DNA of 64,000 nucleotides from Longimicrobiales bacterium (GTDB lineage Bacteria; Gemmatimonadota; Gemmatimonadetes; Longimicrobiales; Gaopeijiaceae), in NCBI GenBank assembly GCA_965202985.1, contig CBDBCF010000001.1, positions 2,080,001 through 2,144,000 of the forward strand. Reading direction: 5' to 3'. Made by a program: the position numbers and the translations under genes. The notes under the pieces are model-generated. The model was not told the DNA's origin. It made no database searches and saw nothing but the letters and a program-made list of their open reading frames with translations. Below, one piece after another: positions 17,749-30,934 of this stretch. Position 1 is the first letter of the stretch. Each line of letters opens with the position of its first letter.

Positions 17749-19004
17749 AGGCTTTCGTTCCGAACGACCCGGCCGCGGGCTGCCGACGCGACGCAGTCCT
17801 CCAGGCTTCCGTAGACCACGCCGTATCCGGTGTTGGACGGCGTGTAGTGCGCGAACTTGCCGGAGTTGGTCATGAGGACGCCGCCGGTCGGCGGGAGGAC
17901 GGGAGTGACGACCACGCAGGTGTCCACGACGATCTCCACGCCTGCGCTCCGGAAGCGCTCCAGGCGGCCTTCCCGTTCCAGGCGGCGGTACTCGACGCGG
18001 CCCGTGCACACATAGAACGGCTTGGCGAAGGGGCGGGACGGCAGGAGCGGCTCCAGTTGGGCGAACTCCGCAGCGGAGAAGTGCGGGCTGCCGACGGCGA
18101 CGGCGTCGATCGGGCCGGAGGCTGCGGTGCTCAGGGCGTCGCGGACGGCGCGAAGTTCGGCGGGCTCGGGGGTCATGACCGATTCGGCCCTTGCGCCGCC
18201 CAACGCGGTGGACAGGTCGGGCGCTTCCGGGGTCACGCCTTCGATGTGGAAGAGACCCACGGCGCCCGAGGAGGCGGCCGCTGCGCCCAGCGCCTTCAGC
18301 TGGTCCTCCGTGACGGTGTGGGGAAGGCCGGTAATCGCGGCCACGCGGTCGCCCACGGCGCTGCCCAACCACGCGCCCAGCACGGGGTAGAACACATCGC
18401 GCGCCTTCAAGGCCGAGTTCACGCCGCTGGTGTCCACGAGCACCGTGGCACGGCGGTTCTCGTCCAAGTGCAGACCCGTGCGGGGCGCCCGTCCGGCTAT
18501 GGCGCAGCAGATGTCCATGAAGTCGCCGTAGCGGTTGGTGCGTGCGCCCAGCACCGAGTTGGCGAAGGCGACCGCGTTGCTCTCGCCCCAGGCCACGTGC
18601 TCGCCCGCCGCCGGTCGGTGGCCGGACTGGTACGGCGCGCACGTCCAGGTAGGATTGCAGCCCAGCGCTTGGTACGCCTTCATCTGGCGAAGCGCCATCT
18701 CGCGCCGCCGACCCGTCGAGCGCACGCGCTCCGGGTTCAGAAGGTCCAGCGCGCCCACGTTCAGCGTGGCCGGCACGGCCGTCTTTCCGCCCAGCTCCAC
18801 CAGTCGCTCGGCGAACTCGGTGCCGCCGTCGCCGTGGTAGAGGCATCCGTCGATGTGGGCCGACGCGATCTCGACGAGTTCGCGCGCACCCAGGATCTCG
18901 CCCATGCGAACGACGATCCGCATGGCCAGCTGTCGCGCGGGACCGGCTTCGCCGCCGAGGAAGGCGGCTTCCTCGTCGGAGAGCAGCAGGGGAGTGCGGG
19001 TCAC
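17739..19004 (-). CDS. Aconitase X large (catalytic) subunit, DUF521
   Basis: AHIDGCLYHG, PTWTCAPY, AWGESNAV.FANSVLGARTNRYGD, GAAAASSGAV.LFH, GSPHFS, DTC.VV.P, TNSGKFAHY. Confidence 0.92.
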   Translation of the reverse strand: MTRTPLLLSDEEAAFLGGEAGPARQLAMRIVVRMGEILGARELVEIASAHIDGCLYHGDGGTEFAERLVELGGKTAVPATLNVGALDLLNPERVRSTGRRREMALRQMKAYQALGCNPTWTCAPYQSGHRPAAGEHVAWGESNAVAFANSVLGARTNRYGDFMDICCAIAGRAPRTGLHLDENRRATVLVDTSGVNSALKARDVFYPVLGAWLGSAVGDRVAAITGLPHTVTEDQLKALGAAAASSGAVGLFHIEGVTPEAPDLSTALGGARAESVMTPEPAELRAVRDALSTAASGPIDAVAVGSPHFSAAEFAQLEPLLPSRPFAKPFYVCTGRVEYRRLEREGRLERFRSAGVEIVVDTCVVVTPVLPPTGGVLMTNSGKFAHYTPSNTGYGVVYGSLEDCVASAARGRVVRNESLWS

Positions 19005-19079
19005 GGGGCGGAGGGGGGCTGGGCTCGGGCAGTCCAGTCTGCGGGCGGCTTGGGCAGTCTGCGGGCGGGCAATATACTG

Positions 19080-22569
<3,490 letters not shown>

Positions 22570-22570
<1 letters not shown>

Positions 22571-22845
22571 GCAGCTCGCCCAAGTAGTCCTTGGTCGTCA
22601 ATCCGCTTGCTCATCATCTTCACGATCCGCTTCTTCGTCTCGCGGATCGCTTGCCCAATCGTCGCGTGAGTTTATCCCCCTCGGCGTGACTGGTTGGTCG
22701 TAGCGCTCAATTCTTCACGAAATTGATCGAGCTTCGCGCTTGCGTCGTCGAGCCGCTTGCCCAGCGATCGCTCCAACGATCGGGTCGTCGCAAAGACGCC
22801 GAGCGCCAGCGCCATCAGTCCTCCCACCCACTGCCAGACCGTCAT
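22570..22845 (-). pseudogene. Degraded paralogue of the 11-mer repeat protein at 44858-45967
   Basis: AAAGGAGG RBS, then MTVWQWVGGLMALALG...SLGKRLDD, and after shifts THATIGQAIRETKKRIV..MSKRIDD..KDYLGE. These match the N- and C-termini of 44858-45967. Confidence 0.7.
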
Positions 22846-22977
22846 CCCTGCATCCTCCTTTCGGGCGACTCCGGCGTCGCCACGTTTCGATGAGTCCAGC
22901 TGCTTGCGGGCGTGGGCACTGGCTGATCCCAGCCCCGGGCGAGCAAGGTAACGCAGGAGGCCGGACGTGTCTGCCGC

Positions 22978-23983
22978 CTATTCACCTTGCACCGGATCGA
23001 GCATCCAGTCGTAGGCCGGACGGACGTCCACGTCGGCAGGCGCTTCGGCGGGAAGGCCGTCCTGGGTCAGCGTCAGCAGCCTGCGGCGTGCCTGCGGATG
23101 CTGGGCGCCGGCGACGTCCAGCGCGCGAAACTCGCGAGCTGCGGTGGACGGCTCCGACATGTCGGCGCAAACCTGAAGCAGCTCCGTCCGTCCGTTGGGA
23201 GTTCGGGCGAGGAAGTCGACCTCGTAGCCCTCGGGCGTGCTCACATAGGAGACTTCGCACCGTCGCCGTGCCAGCTCGATCAGAACGGCCGTTTCCAGGG
23301 CATGTCCCGTGTTGGCTCGGTCCGCGCGGTCGAACACGGGGATCAGCCCTGTGTCGGCCGGGTACGCCTTCCGCGGATTGACCATGCGCTGCCGCTCCGA
23401 CGCCGACTCCATGTCGACGACTCGCACAAGAAAGCAGTCCTCCAAGTGAGCGAGCAGTTCGTGCAGAGTGTCCTTGGCCACGGCCACGCCCTGGGACTTG
23501 AGAGCGGCATGGAACTTCCGGATGCTGAACCGCCCCCCGGCGTTGCCCAGCAAGTGGCGCACCAGCCATCGCAGGGCGACGACGTTGCGCACTTGGTGAC
23601 GCTCCAAGACGTCGCGGAGCATTGCAACGTCCACATAGTCTCGAAGGAGCTGGTGCCTAGTTGCGCGGTCGAGACATTGCGCCTCGGGAAAGCCGCCTTC
23701 GACGAGCCAATCGAGGAAGGCACGTTCCAGCCGACCTCGTTCCGGGCCGGTGAGAGGCGTCGGGCCGGGCGGCCGGCGCCCCTGGTGCTCCAGCGACTCG
23801 GCGAAGCTGAACGGGTGGAGCGACACCTGCCATGCTCGGCCGCGCATCGCCGTCGCGACTTCCGAGGACAGCATCGCCGCCGACGAGCCGGTGACGACGA
23901 CGTCCGCATCGCACGTGTCGAGGAGCCTCCGGACGAAACGCTCCCAGCCAGGCGCGACGCGGAGCTTTCGTCCATGAAATCAT
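22978..23983 (-). pseudogene. AAA+ ATPase (AAA_14 + DUF4143) lacking its N-terminal P-loop
   Basis: APGWERFVRRLLD...VVVTGSSA.MLS.EVAT.MRGR, GGFPE, RDVLERH, KAYPADTG, ALETAV..EL, EVDFL...LQVC. No Walker A upstream, and a frameshift near 23965. Confidence 0.8.
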
Positions 23984-24006
23984 CCTTTTCAGAAGGATAA
24001 TATCTG

Positions 24007-25400
24007 GGCTCTTCGCTTAACCTAGTGGGTTCGCGGTTGGGCAGAGTGCTGAGCATCGCTTGTCGAGGAAGGCGGGACGAGGGGTCTACGGGGTCACCGG
24101 CGGGCGGTGCGGGGCGAGAGGTCGAGGCCGCCGAGGTGGAAGAGGATGGCGGTGACGAAGCGGTCGTAGTTGCGGAAGCCGCGGCTGCGGGCCTTGACCA
24201 TCTGGATCCTGCTGTTGATGCTCTCGGCCGGGCCGTTGGTCGCTCGCAGCACGACGGCGTTGAGTATGCCCCACAGGTGGGCGCCGACCATCTCGGCGAC
24301 CTTGTGAACGGGCGCGAGCCCGCAGCCCGACGCCCATTGCAGCCAGTGCAGCCAGGCGTTCTCGGCCGAGCCCCGGAGCTTGTAGTCCCACAGCTTCGAT
24401 GCCGCCTCCTTCACCGCCCAGGCGCGGGCGGTCCGGTCCACGTTCTTGCGCAGCGCCGCGAACGCCAGCTTCTCGGCGTGACTCATCTTGCCGCGTCCAG
24501 TCAGCCACCGGTAGCGCGTCCTCGCGAGCACGGCGCTGCCCTGCGCCAGCAGCTCGCGGTGCTCGGCGCGCCGCACCTTGTCCACCGCGTCCGCCAGGTG
24601 CTTGGCCACGTGGAAGCGGTCGAACGCCGTCTTCAGCTCCGCGCCCGGCACCCACTCCCCCGTCGCCGCCACGTAGGGGCCCCACATGTCCATCGACACG
24701 CTCTCCAACCCGGCCAGCCAGCCGCCGTCCCTGCTCCGGTAGAACTGCGCCAGCGACTCTCGGGTCCGACCCTTCGCCACGTGCAGCACGCGCCCCGTGT
24801 CCGTGTCCGACACGATCGTCGCGTACCGGTGGCCGCGCTTGACCGACGTCTCGTCCACCGCCAGCCGCCGGACCGGCTCCGCCTTCCGGCGCTCGAGCCC
24901 CCGGCGCACCGCCCGCTCCATGATGCCGCTCACAGCGTTCCAGCTCATCCTCATGCGCTTCGACACCCCCAGGATGCTGGCCTCGCCGAGCCACGCCGTC
25001 ACCTCCTCCTCGAACGCCGCCGTGTACCTCGACTTGTCCGCCGCCCAGGGCATCGATGCCGTCCGCACCCCGTGCTCCGGACACTCGACCCGAGGCAGGT
25101 CGCAGACCACGAACGTCTTGTAGCCCCAAGCGTCCAGGTGCCGCCACTCCCGCTCCCGAGCGTCGTATCCCGGACACGGCCGGCCGCACTCGGGACACGT
25201 CAACGGCTCGCCCGTCCGCCTCGCCACGCGCACCCGCGCCTCCATCAGCACCGGGTCCTCCTCGACCCCCTTCACCTCCCAGCCCGGCCCCAACGCCATC
25301 AAGCTCTCCACCCACTTCCGCATCTCCATCCTCGCCTCCTCGGTTCATGGTCCATGTCGCCCCTTGATCCTACACAGCCCACACCATATGGGGAAGCGCC
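24007..25400 (-). mobile_element. Complete ISL3-family insertion sequence with 8-bp target duplication AATATCTG
   Basis: Imperfect terminal IRs GGCTCTTCGC...GTGGG (24007) and GGCGCTTCCC...GTGGG (reverse complement ending 25400). AATATCTG at 23999-24006 and 25401-25408. Confidence 0.92.
24094..25329 (-). CDS. ISL3-family transposase
   Basis: Zinc finger CPECG...CPEHG, AVDETS, SMDM, DRFHV, TNGPAESINS.IQ..K..RGFRN. Confidence 0.95.
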   Translation of the reverse strand: MEMRKWVESLMALGPGWEVKGVEEDPVLMEARVRVARRTGEPLTCPECGRPCPGYDAREREWRHLDAWGYKTFVVCDLPRVECPEHGVRTASMPWAADKSRYTAAFEEEVTAWLGEASILGVSKRMRMSWNAVSGIMERAVRRGLERRKAEPVRRLAVDETSVKRGHRYATIVSDTDTGRVLHVAKGRTRESLAQFYRSRDGGWLAGLESVSMDMWGPYVAATGEWVPGAELKTAFDRFHVAKHLADAVDKVRRAEHRELLAQGSAVLARTRYRWLTGRGKMSHAEKLAFAALRKNVDRTARAWAVKEAASKLWDYKLRGSAENAWLHWLQWASGCGLAPVHKVAEMVGAHLWGILNAVVLRATNGPAESINSRIQMVKARSRGFRNYDRFVTAILFHLGGLDLSPRTARR

Positions 25401-25435
25401 AATATCTGATGTATTCGTCCGTTTAGCGGGGACAA

Positions 25436-25900
25436 CTATTCGTGCGAACTCAGGTGCCGCTCGGCACCCTTCAGCGGATCCCGCACCCTCAGCTCCGGGA
25501 ACAGCCGGAAGTCCCGGTCCCGCGTCAGCAGCACATCCGCACCGTGGGCCAAGCAGATCGCCGCCACGCGGGCGTCGTGCACGACCGGGCCTCGCACCTT
25601 GGGGCGCTGGACCAGCTGGCCGAAGACCTCCAGAAAGCCGTCGGTCTCGCCGATCAGTCGGCAGGAGGGCGAATCGGTCCAGGCGCGAAGTTGGCGCCAG
25701 GCCTGTTCGGGGGTCGTGGCGGCGTCCTTCCAGATGCGGCGGTTGGTCGCGATCGACAGGAACTCGTAGCAGCACGGCCACGGAATGGCCCAAGGCCGGC
25801 GTCCTTCCGCCAGCGGGCGCAGCACTTGGCCGGCGGCCCGGTGCAGCGCAGATTCCCGGCGGTGAGCATAGACGAGCAGGTTCGCGTCTACGGCGGTCAC
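25436..25900 (-). CDS. vapC: PIN-domain VapC toxin
   Basis: AVDANLLVYAH, YEFL.IAT, VHDARVAA, TRDRDF acidic PIN residues. Confidence 0.9.
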   Translation of the reverse strand: MTAVDANLLVYAHRRESALHRAAGQVLRPLAEGRRPWAIPWPCCYEFLSIATNRRIWKDAATTPEQAWRQLRAWTDSPSCRLIGETDGFLEVFGQLVQRPKVRGPVVHDARVAAICLAHGADVLLTRDRDFRLFPELRVRDPLKGAERHLSSHE

Positions 25901-25907
25901 GGGGCGC

Positions 25908-26159
25908 TCACTGGGCGTTGGGGTCGCCGTACACGACTTCGCTCAAGTCTTGCCACGAGTAGGCTTCCAAGGGGTCGTCGCCTTGGGGGTCGCCCACGCT
26001 CATGTCGGGCAGGCGGTACGGTTGCGACGGCCGACGGGAGGCGTCCAGGACCATGCGAAGCCCTTCTTCGACCACCGCGCGCAGCGGGCGGCCAGTCTTC
26101 TTGGCGTGGCGCTTGGCCCGAGCCAGCAACAGGTCCTGCACGTCGATGGTGGTCTTCAT
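25908..26159 (-). CDS. vapB: VapB-type ribbon-helix-helix antitoxin
   Basis: MKTTIDVQDLLLARAK...LRAVVEEGLR, immediately upstream of vapC. Confidence 0.85.
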   Translation of the reverse strand: MKTTIDVQDLLLARAKRHAKKTGRPLRAVVEEGLRMVLDASRRPSQPYRLPDMSVGDPQGDDPLEAYSWQDLSEVVYGDPNAQ

Positions 26160-26161
26160 CT

Positions 26162-26190
26162 CCCATATTAGCCATACTCGCTGATATGGG
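26162..26190. promoter_or_regulatory. Inverted repeat, probable vapBC autoregulatory operator
   Basis: CCCATATTAGC-N7-GCTGATATGGG (10/11 match), directly upstream of the vapB start. Confidence 0.55.
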
Positions 26191-27028
26191 CAAGCAATAT
26201 CCAGCGGTCGCACCACCAGGTCCGGTCGTGCCCCGGCATCCGGCGCTGCGGATTCGCGACCTGTCGCTGCGCTTCGGGGGCGTGGCGGCGCTGTCGGGGC
26301 TGGGCTTCGACGTTCGGCAGGGCGAGCTCTTGGCCGTCATCGGTCCCAACGGGGCGGGCAAGACCAGCGTCCTGAACTGCGTTTCGGGACTGTACCGGCC
26401 CGAGTCGGGGTCGATCGCGGTCGTGGACCGGCAGGGCGCGCGCCGCTTCGTGCACCGGCTGGCGCCGCACCGGATCGCAGCGCTCGGCGTGGCGCGGACC
26501 TTCCAGAACATCGAGCTCTTCAAGCACATGACGGTGCTCGAGAACCTGATGCTGGGGCGCCACCTGCACATGACCGGGGGCGTGCTGAGCGGCGGCGTCT
26601 ACTGGGGGCGGCAGCGTCGAGTCGAGACCCGGCACCGGCGGCAAGTCGAGCGCGTCGTGGATTTCTTGCGGCTGGAGCCGTTGCGCGACTCGGAGGTGGG
26701 CGCCCTGGCCTACGGCGCCCAGAAGCTGGTGGAGCTGGGGCGGGCGCTGGCCATGGAGCCGTCGCTGCTGCTGCTGGACGAACCCACGGCCGGCATGAAC
26801 GCCGAAGAGAAGGAATCGATGGCGCGCTTCGTGCTGGACGTGAACCAGGAACGGGGCGTCGCGGTGGTCGTGGTGGACCACGACATCGACGTGGTCATGG
26901 ACATCGCCGACCGCGTGGTCGTGCTGGATTTCGGCAGGAAGATCGCGGAAGGGACGCCCGCCGAAGTGTGCGCCGACCCGGCAGTGGTGGACGCCTACCT
27001 GGGACGGACGGCAACAAGCGCCGCATGA
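26186..27028 (+). CDS. LIV-type ABC transporter ATP-binding protein (LivG-like)
   Basis: GPNGAGKT, RTFQN, LAYG.QK, LLLDEP.AG. Start uncertain (ATG 26186 or GTG 26228). Confidence 0.9.
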   Translation: MGKQYPAVAPPGPVVPRHPALRIRDLSLRFGGVAALSGLGFDVRQGELLAVIGPNGAGKTSVLNCVSGLYRPESGSIAVVDRQGARRFVHRLAPHRIAALGVARTFQNIELFKHMTVLENLMLGRHLHMTGGVLSGGVYWGRQRRVETRHRRQVERVVDFLRLEPLRDSEVGALAYGAQKLVELGRALAMEPSLLLLDEPTAGMNAEEKESMARFVLDVNQERGVAVVVVDHDIDVVMDIADRVVVLDFGRKIAEGTPAEVCADPAVVDAYLGRTATSAA

Positions 27029-28971
27029 GCGGCACGGACGACGCCGGCAACGCGCGCTCCCCGGACGCGCTCACGTTGCCCGGCCTGCTGGCCCTTCGCG
27101 CCGCCCGAACGCCGGACGCCGTGGCGCTCCGAGAGAAGGAGTTCGGCATCTGGCAGGAGATCACGTGGGCAGGCTACCTGGGCCGCGTGCGGCGTTTCGC
27201 CCTGGGGCTGGCCGAGATGGGCGTCCGCAAGGGCGACCGGATCGCCGTCGCGGGCGACAACCGACCCGAATGGGTGATCGCCGAGCTGGCGGCGCAAGTC
27301 CTGGGCGCGCTGCCGCTGGGGTTGTACCAGGACGCGGTGGCGGACGAACTGGCCTCGCTGCTGGAGGCCGCGGACGCCGCGGTCGTGGTGGCCGAAGACC
27401 AGGAGCAGGTGGACAAGGTGTTGCAGGTGCGCGGCCGCCTGCCGTCGCTGCGCCACGTCGTCTACTACGACTCCCGCGGCTTGCAGGGCTACGAGGCGCC
27501 GGGCCTGACGGCCTTCGAGGACGCCGAGTCCCGGGGCGCCGCCGCCCACACCGCGCGCCCGAACGCCTTCGACGAACGCTTGTCCGCCGTCCGACCGGAC
27601 GACACGGCGCTCTTGTGCACCACGTCGGGCACCACCAGCCGGCCCAAGCTGGCCATGCTGTCGCACGCCAACCTCTTGTCGATGGCGGACCAGTTCCAGC
27701 GCGCCGACCCCATGTCCCCCGGCGACGACTGCGTGTCGTTCCTGCCCCTGGCGTGGGTCGGAGAGCAGATGATCGCGGTGTCCAGCGCGCTTTGCGTCGG
27801 CTTTGCCGTGAACTTCCCCGAAGAGGCCGAGACGGTGCGCAAGGACCTGCGCGAGATCGGGCCTCGGGTGGTCGTGTCGCCGCCGCGCATCTGGGAGAGC
27901 ATAGTGTCCGACGTGCAAGTCATGGCGGAAGACGCGACGCCGCTCAAGCGCCGAGCGTACCGATGGGCCATGGACGCGGGGGCCGCGACCGCCGAAGCCG
28001 GCTTCCAGGGGCGTCGGCCGACGGCGGTCGAACGATGGCGGCGGCGCGTTGCGGACTGGATCGTGCTGCGTCCGTTGCGCGACCAGCTGGGGCTGAGCCG
28101 GGTCCGTCGGGCGTACACGGGAGGTGCGGCGCTGGGGCCCGACGTGTTTCGCTTCTTTCACGCCGTCGGCGTCAACCTGAAGCAGCTTTACGGCCAGACC
28201 GAGGTGTCCGGGATATCGGTTGTGCATCGGGACGACGGCGTTCGCTTTCACACCGTGGGCACGCCGTTGCCCGACACCGAGATCCGCATCGCCGACACGG
28301 GCGAAATCTTGTGCAGGAGCCCCGCCGTCTTCCAAGGCTACTTCCGCGACTCCGAAGCCACCGCGGCGGCGTTGGACGACGAAGGCTGGCTTCGGTCCGG
28401 CGACGCGGGCTACTTCGACGACGGCCACTTGGTCGTGGTGGACCGCTTGGCCGACGTGATGCGCTTGGCCGGCGGCGAAACCTTCTCGCCCCAGTTCGTG
28501 GAGAACAAGCTCAAGTTCAGCCCCTACGTGCGCGAGGCGGTCGTCTTCGGCGGGGGCGACTTGCCGTTCGTGACGGCGATGATCGCCATCGACATGGAGA
28601 ACGCGGGACAGTGGGCGGAGCGCCGTCGCGTCGCCTACACCACCTTTACGGACTTGGCTCGCAAGGAAGAAGTGCGCGCCCTGATCCGGGCGCATGTCGC
28701 GCGCGTCAACGAAGCGCTTCCCGTCGCGGCTCGCATCCGCCGCTTCCTCCTCCTGCACAAGGAGCTCCACGCCGACGACGCCGAGCTCACGCGCACCCGG
28801 AAGGTCCGCCGCCGACACGTGGAGTCGCGCTTCCGAGAGCTTGTGCAGGCGCTGAACGGAGATGCGGACTCGGTGGCCGTGGAGACGGAGATCGCCTACC
28901 AGGACGGGCGCACCGCCGCCCTCCGGCACGACTTGCGCATCGAGACGCTGGACCCCGGGGCCGCGGGCTGA
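27025..28971 (+). CDS. Long-chain acyl-CoA ligase (AMP-binding)
   Basis: TTSGTTSRPK, YGQTE, GWLRSGDAG, ENKLKFSPY, ELTRTRKVRR. Confidence 0.92.
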   Translation: MSGTDDAGNARSPDALTLPGLLALRAARTPDAVALREKEFGIWQEITWAGYLGRVRRFALGLAEMGVRKGDRIAVAGDNRPEWVIAELAAQVLGALPLGLYQDAVADELASLLEAADAAVVVAEDQEQVDKVLQVRGRLPSLRHVVYYDSRGLQGYEAPGLTAFEDAESRGAAAHTARPNAFDERLSAVRPDDTALLCTTSGTTSRPKLAMLSHANLLSMADQFQRADPMSPGDDCVSFLPLAWVGEQMIAVSSALCVGFAVNFPEEAETVRKDLREIGPRVVVSPPRIWESIVSDVQVMAEDATPLKRRAYRWAMDAGAATAEAGFQGRRPTAVERWRRRVADWIVLRPLRDQLGLSRVRRAYTGGAALGPDVFRFFHAVGVNLKQLYGQTEVSGISVVHRDDGVRFHTVGTPLPDTEIRIADTGEILCRSPAVFQGYFRDSEATAAALDDEGWLRSGDAGYFDDGHLVVVDRLADVMRLAGGETFSPQFVENKLKFSPYVREAVVFGGGDLPFVTAMIAIDMENAGQWAERRRVAYTTFTDLARKEEVRALIRAHVARVNEALPVAARIRRFLLLHKELHADDAELTRTRKVRRRHVESRFRELVQALNGDADSVAVETEIAYQDGRTAALRHDLRIETLDPGAAG

Positions 28972-28981
28972 GGCCGTCGTC

Positions 28982-29854
28982 GTGGACGTCTTCGTGCAGC
29001 TGACCGTCTCGGGGCTGGCGACGGGCATGGTCTACGCCTTGGCCGCCGCCGGGTTCGTCGTGGTGTACAAGGCCAGCGACGTGATCAACTTCGCGCAGGG
29101 CGAGCTGCTGTTGCTGGGCACGTACCTGGTGTTCTTCACCGTCGTCCAAGCGGGCTTGCCGTGGAGCTTGGGCGTGCTTGCAACGGTGCTGCTGGCCGTG
29201 GCGACGGGCTTGGCGGTGGAGCGGCTGGTGTTGCGCCCGCTGGTGGGCGAGCCGGTGATCTCCATGGTCATGGCGACGATCGGCCTGTCCAGCGTGCTGC
29301 GGGCGCTGGTGAACGCGATCTGGGGTCCCAGTCCCCGGTCCTTCGAGCCGTTCCTGTCCATGGGCGCCGTGGTCGTCGGCCCGGCTTCGGTGCCGACCGA
29401 GCGTCTGCTGTCGATCCCGATTGCGTTGGCGGTGCTGGCGGGCCTGGGGTTCTTCTTTCGACGCGCCCGCGACGGCATCGCCATGCGCGCCATCGCCGAC
29501 GACCAGCAGGCGGCCCTCAGCATGGGGATCAGCGTGCTGCGGGTGGTGGGCGTGGCGTGGGCGCTGGCGGCGGCGTCCGCGGCGATCGGCGGCGTCATGC
29601 TGGCCAACGTGGTGGGCGTGAGCCCCAACGTGGCGGCGATCGGGCTGCGCGTGTTCCCCGTCGTCGTGCTGGGCGGGCTGGACTCGATCGGCGGAGCGGT
29701 CGTGGGCGGCGCGGCGATCGGGCTCTTGGAGGCGTACGCGGGCGGCTATCTGGGCCACGGCCTCAATCTGGTGGCGCCGTACCTGGTGCTGGTGGCCGTG
29801 CTGATGGTTCGCCCCTACGGCCTCTTCGGGAAGGAGATCATCGAGCGCGTATGA
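28982..29854 (+). CDS. LIV-type ABC permease (LivH-like)
   Basis: YALAA.G...INFAQGE, MRAIADD..AA..MGI, LGGLDS, RPYGLFG. Confidence 0.92.
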   Translation: MDVFVQLTVSGLATGMVYALAAAGFVVVYKASDVINFAQGELLLLGTYLVFFTVVQAGLPWSLGVLATVLLAVATGLAVERLVLRPLVGEPVISMVMATIGLSSVLRALVNAIWGPSPRSFEPFLSMGAVVVGPASVPTERLLSIPIALAVLAGLGFFFRRARDGIAMRAIADDQQAALSMGISVLRVVGVAWALAAASAAIGGVMLANVVGVSPNVAAIGLRVFPVVVLGGLDSIGGAVVGGAAIGLLEAYAGGYLGHGLNLVAPYLVLVAVLMVRPYGLFGKEIIERV

Positions 29855-30924
29855 GCTTGGAGTGCGGCGTCTTCCACACGCGCTACGCGTCGGCGATGGG
29901 CCTGCGCCCCCGTCCAGCGGAGCGGATTCGCCTGGGGGCGTTCGCAGCGGCGGTGGTGGCGTTCCCGTTCTTCGCCGGCCCCTACGCGCTGGACTTGGCC
30001 AACCAAGTGGCGATCGCCACGGTGGGTGCCGTCGGTCTGAACATCTTGGTGGGGTACACGGGGCAGATCTCCCTGGGGCAAGGGGCGTTCATGGCCGTGG
30101 GCGCCTACGGCTCGGCGCTGCTGACGCTGGAGGCGGGCCTGCCCTGGGGCGCTTCCATTCCCCTGGCGTGCTTGACGGCGGCGGCCGCGGGCGCCTTCTT
30201 CGGCCTGCCGTCTCTTCGGCTCAAGGGGCTGTACTTGGCCGTGGCCACGCTGGCGGCCCAGGAGATCGCCGAGTGGACGGTCACGCACTGGACCGCGCTC
30301 ACCGGCGGCACCGAAGCCGTGGTGGCCCCCGCGCCCCGGCTCTTCGGACGACGCCTGAACGACCCGTTCGCCTTCTACTGGGTGGGCGCGGCGGCTGCGG
30401 CGGGAACGGCCCTGTTCGCGGCGAACCTGTTCCGGAGCCGGGCGGGGCGCGCGTTCGTGGCGATCCGCGACCAGGACGTGGCCGCCGGCGTAATGGGCGT
30501 GAACGTGTTCCGCTGCAAGCTGGCGGCGTTCGCCACGTCTTCGTTCTTCGTGGGCTTGGCGGGGGCGCTGGTGGCGTACTACCGCAACATCGTCGCGTGG
30601 GAGCGCTTCACCTTGGAGACCAGCGTGATCTACCTGGCCATGATCATCGTGGGCGGCCTGGGCACGGTTCGGGGCTCGTTCTTCGGGGCCGCGCTGATCA
30701 CGCTGCTTCCGGCGGGCATCGCCAATGCGGGTCGCGCGCTGCAGGACGCCGCGCCGGAGCTGGCGGCTCGGTTGCCCTACGCGCAGCAAGCGGTGTTCGG
30801 ACTGGTCATCATTCTGTTCCTGGTGTTCGAGCCCAAGGGATTGTCGAAGCTGTGGTGCAACGCAAAGGACTATTTTCATGTCTGGCCCTTCGCGTACCGG
30901 CGCGGGGAAGACCGGGCGACTTGA
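29851..30924 (+). CDS. LIV-type ABC permease (LivM-like)
   Basis: GLNILVGYTGQISLG, LRLKGLYLAVATLA, GRAFVAIRD, MIIVGGLG. Confidence 0.92.
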   Translation: MSLECGVFHTRYASAMGLRPRPAERIRLGAFAAAVVAFPFFAGPYALDLANQVAIATVGAVGLNILVGYTGQISLGQGAFMAVGAYGSALLTLEAGLPWGASIPLACLTAAAAGAFFGLPSLRLKGLYLAVATLAAQEIAEWTVTHWTALTGGTEAVVAPAPRLFGRRLNDPFAFYWVGAAAAAGTALFAANLFRSRAGRAFVAIRDQDVAAGVMGVNVFRCKLAAFATSSFFVGLAGALVAYYRNIVAWERFTLETSVIYLAMIIVGGLGTVRGSFFGAALITLLPAGIANAGRALQDAAPELAARLPYAQQAVFGLVIILFLVFEPKGLSKLWCNAKDYFHVWPFAYRRGEDRAT

Positions 30925-30934
30925 CGGAGACGAC

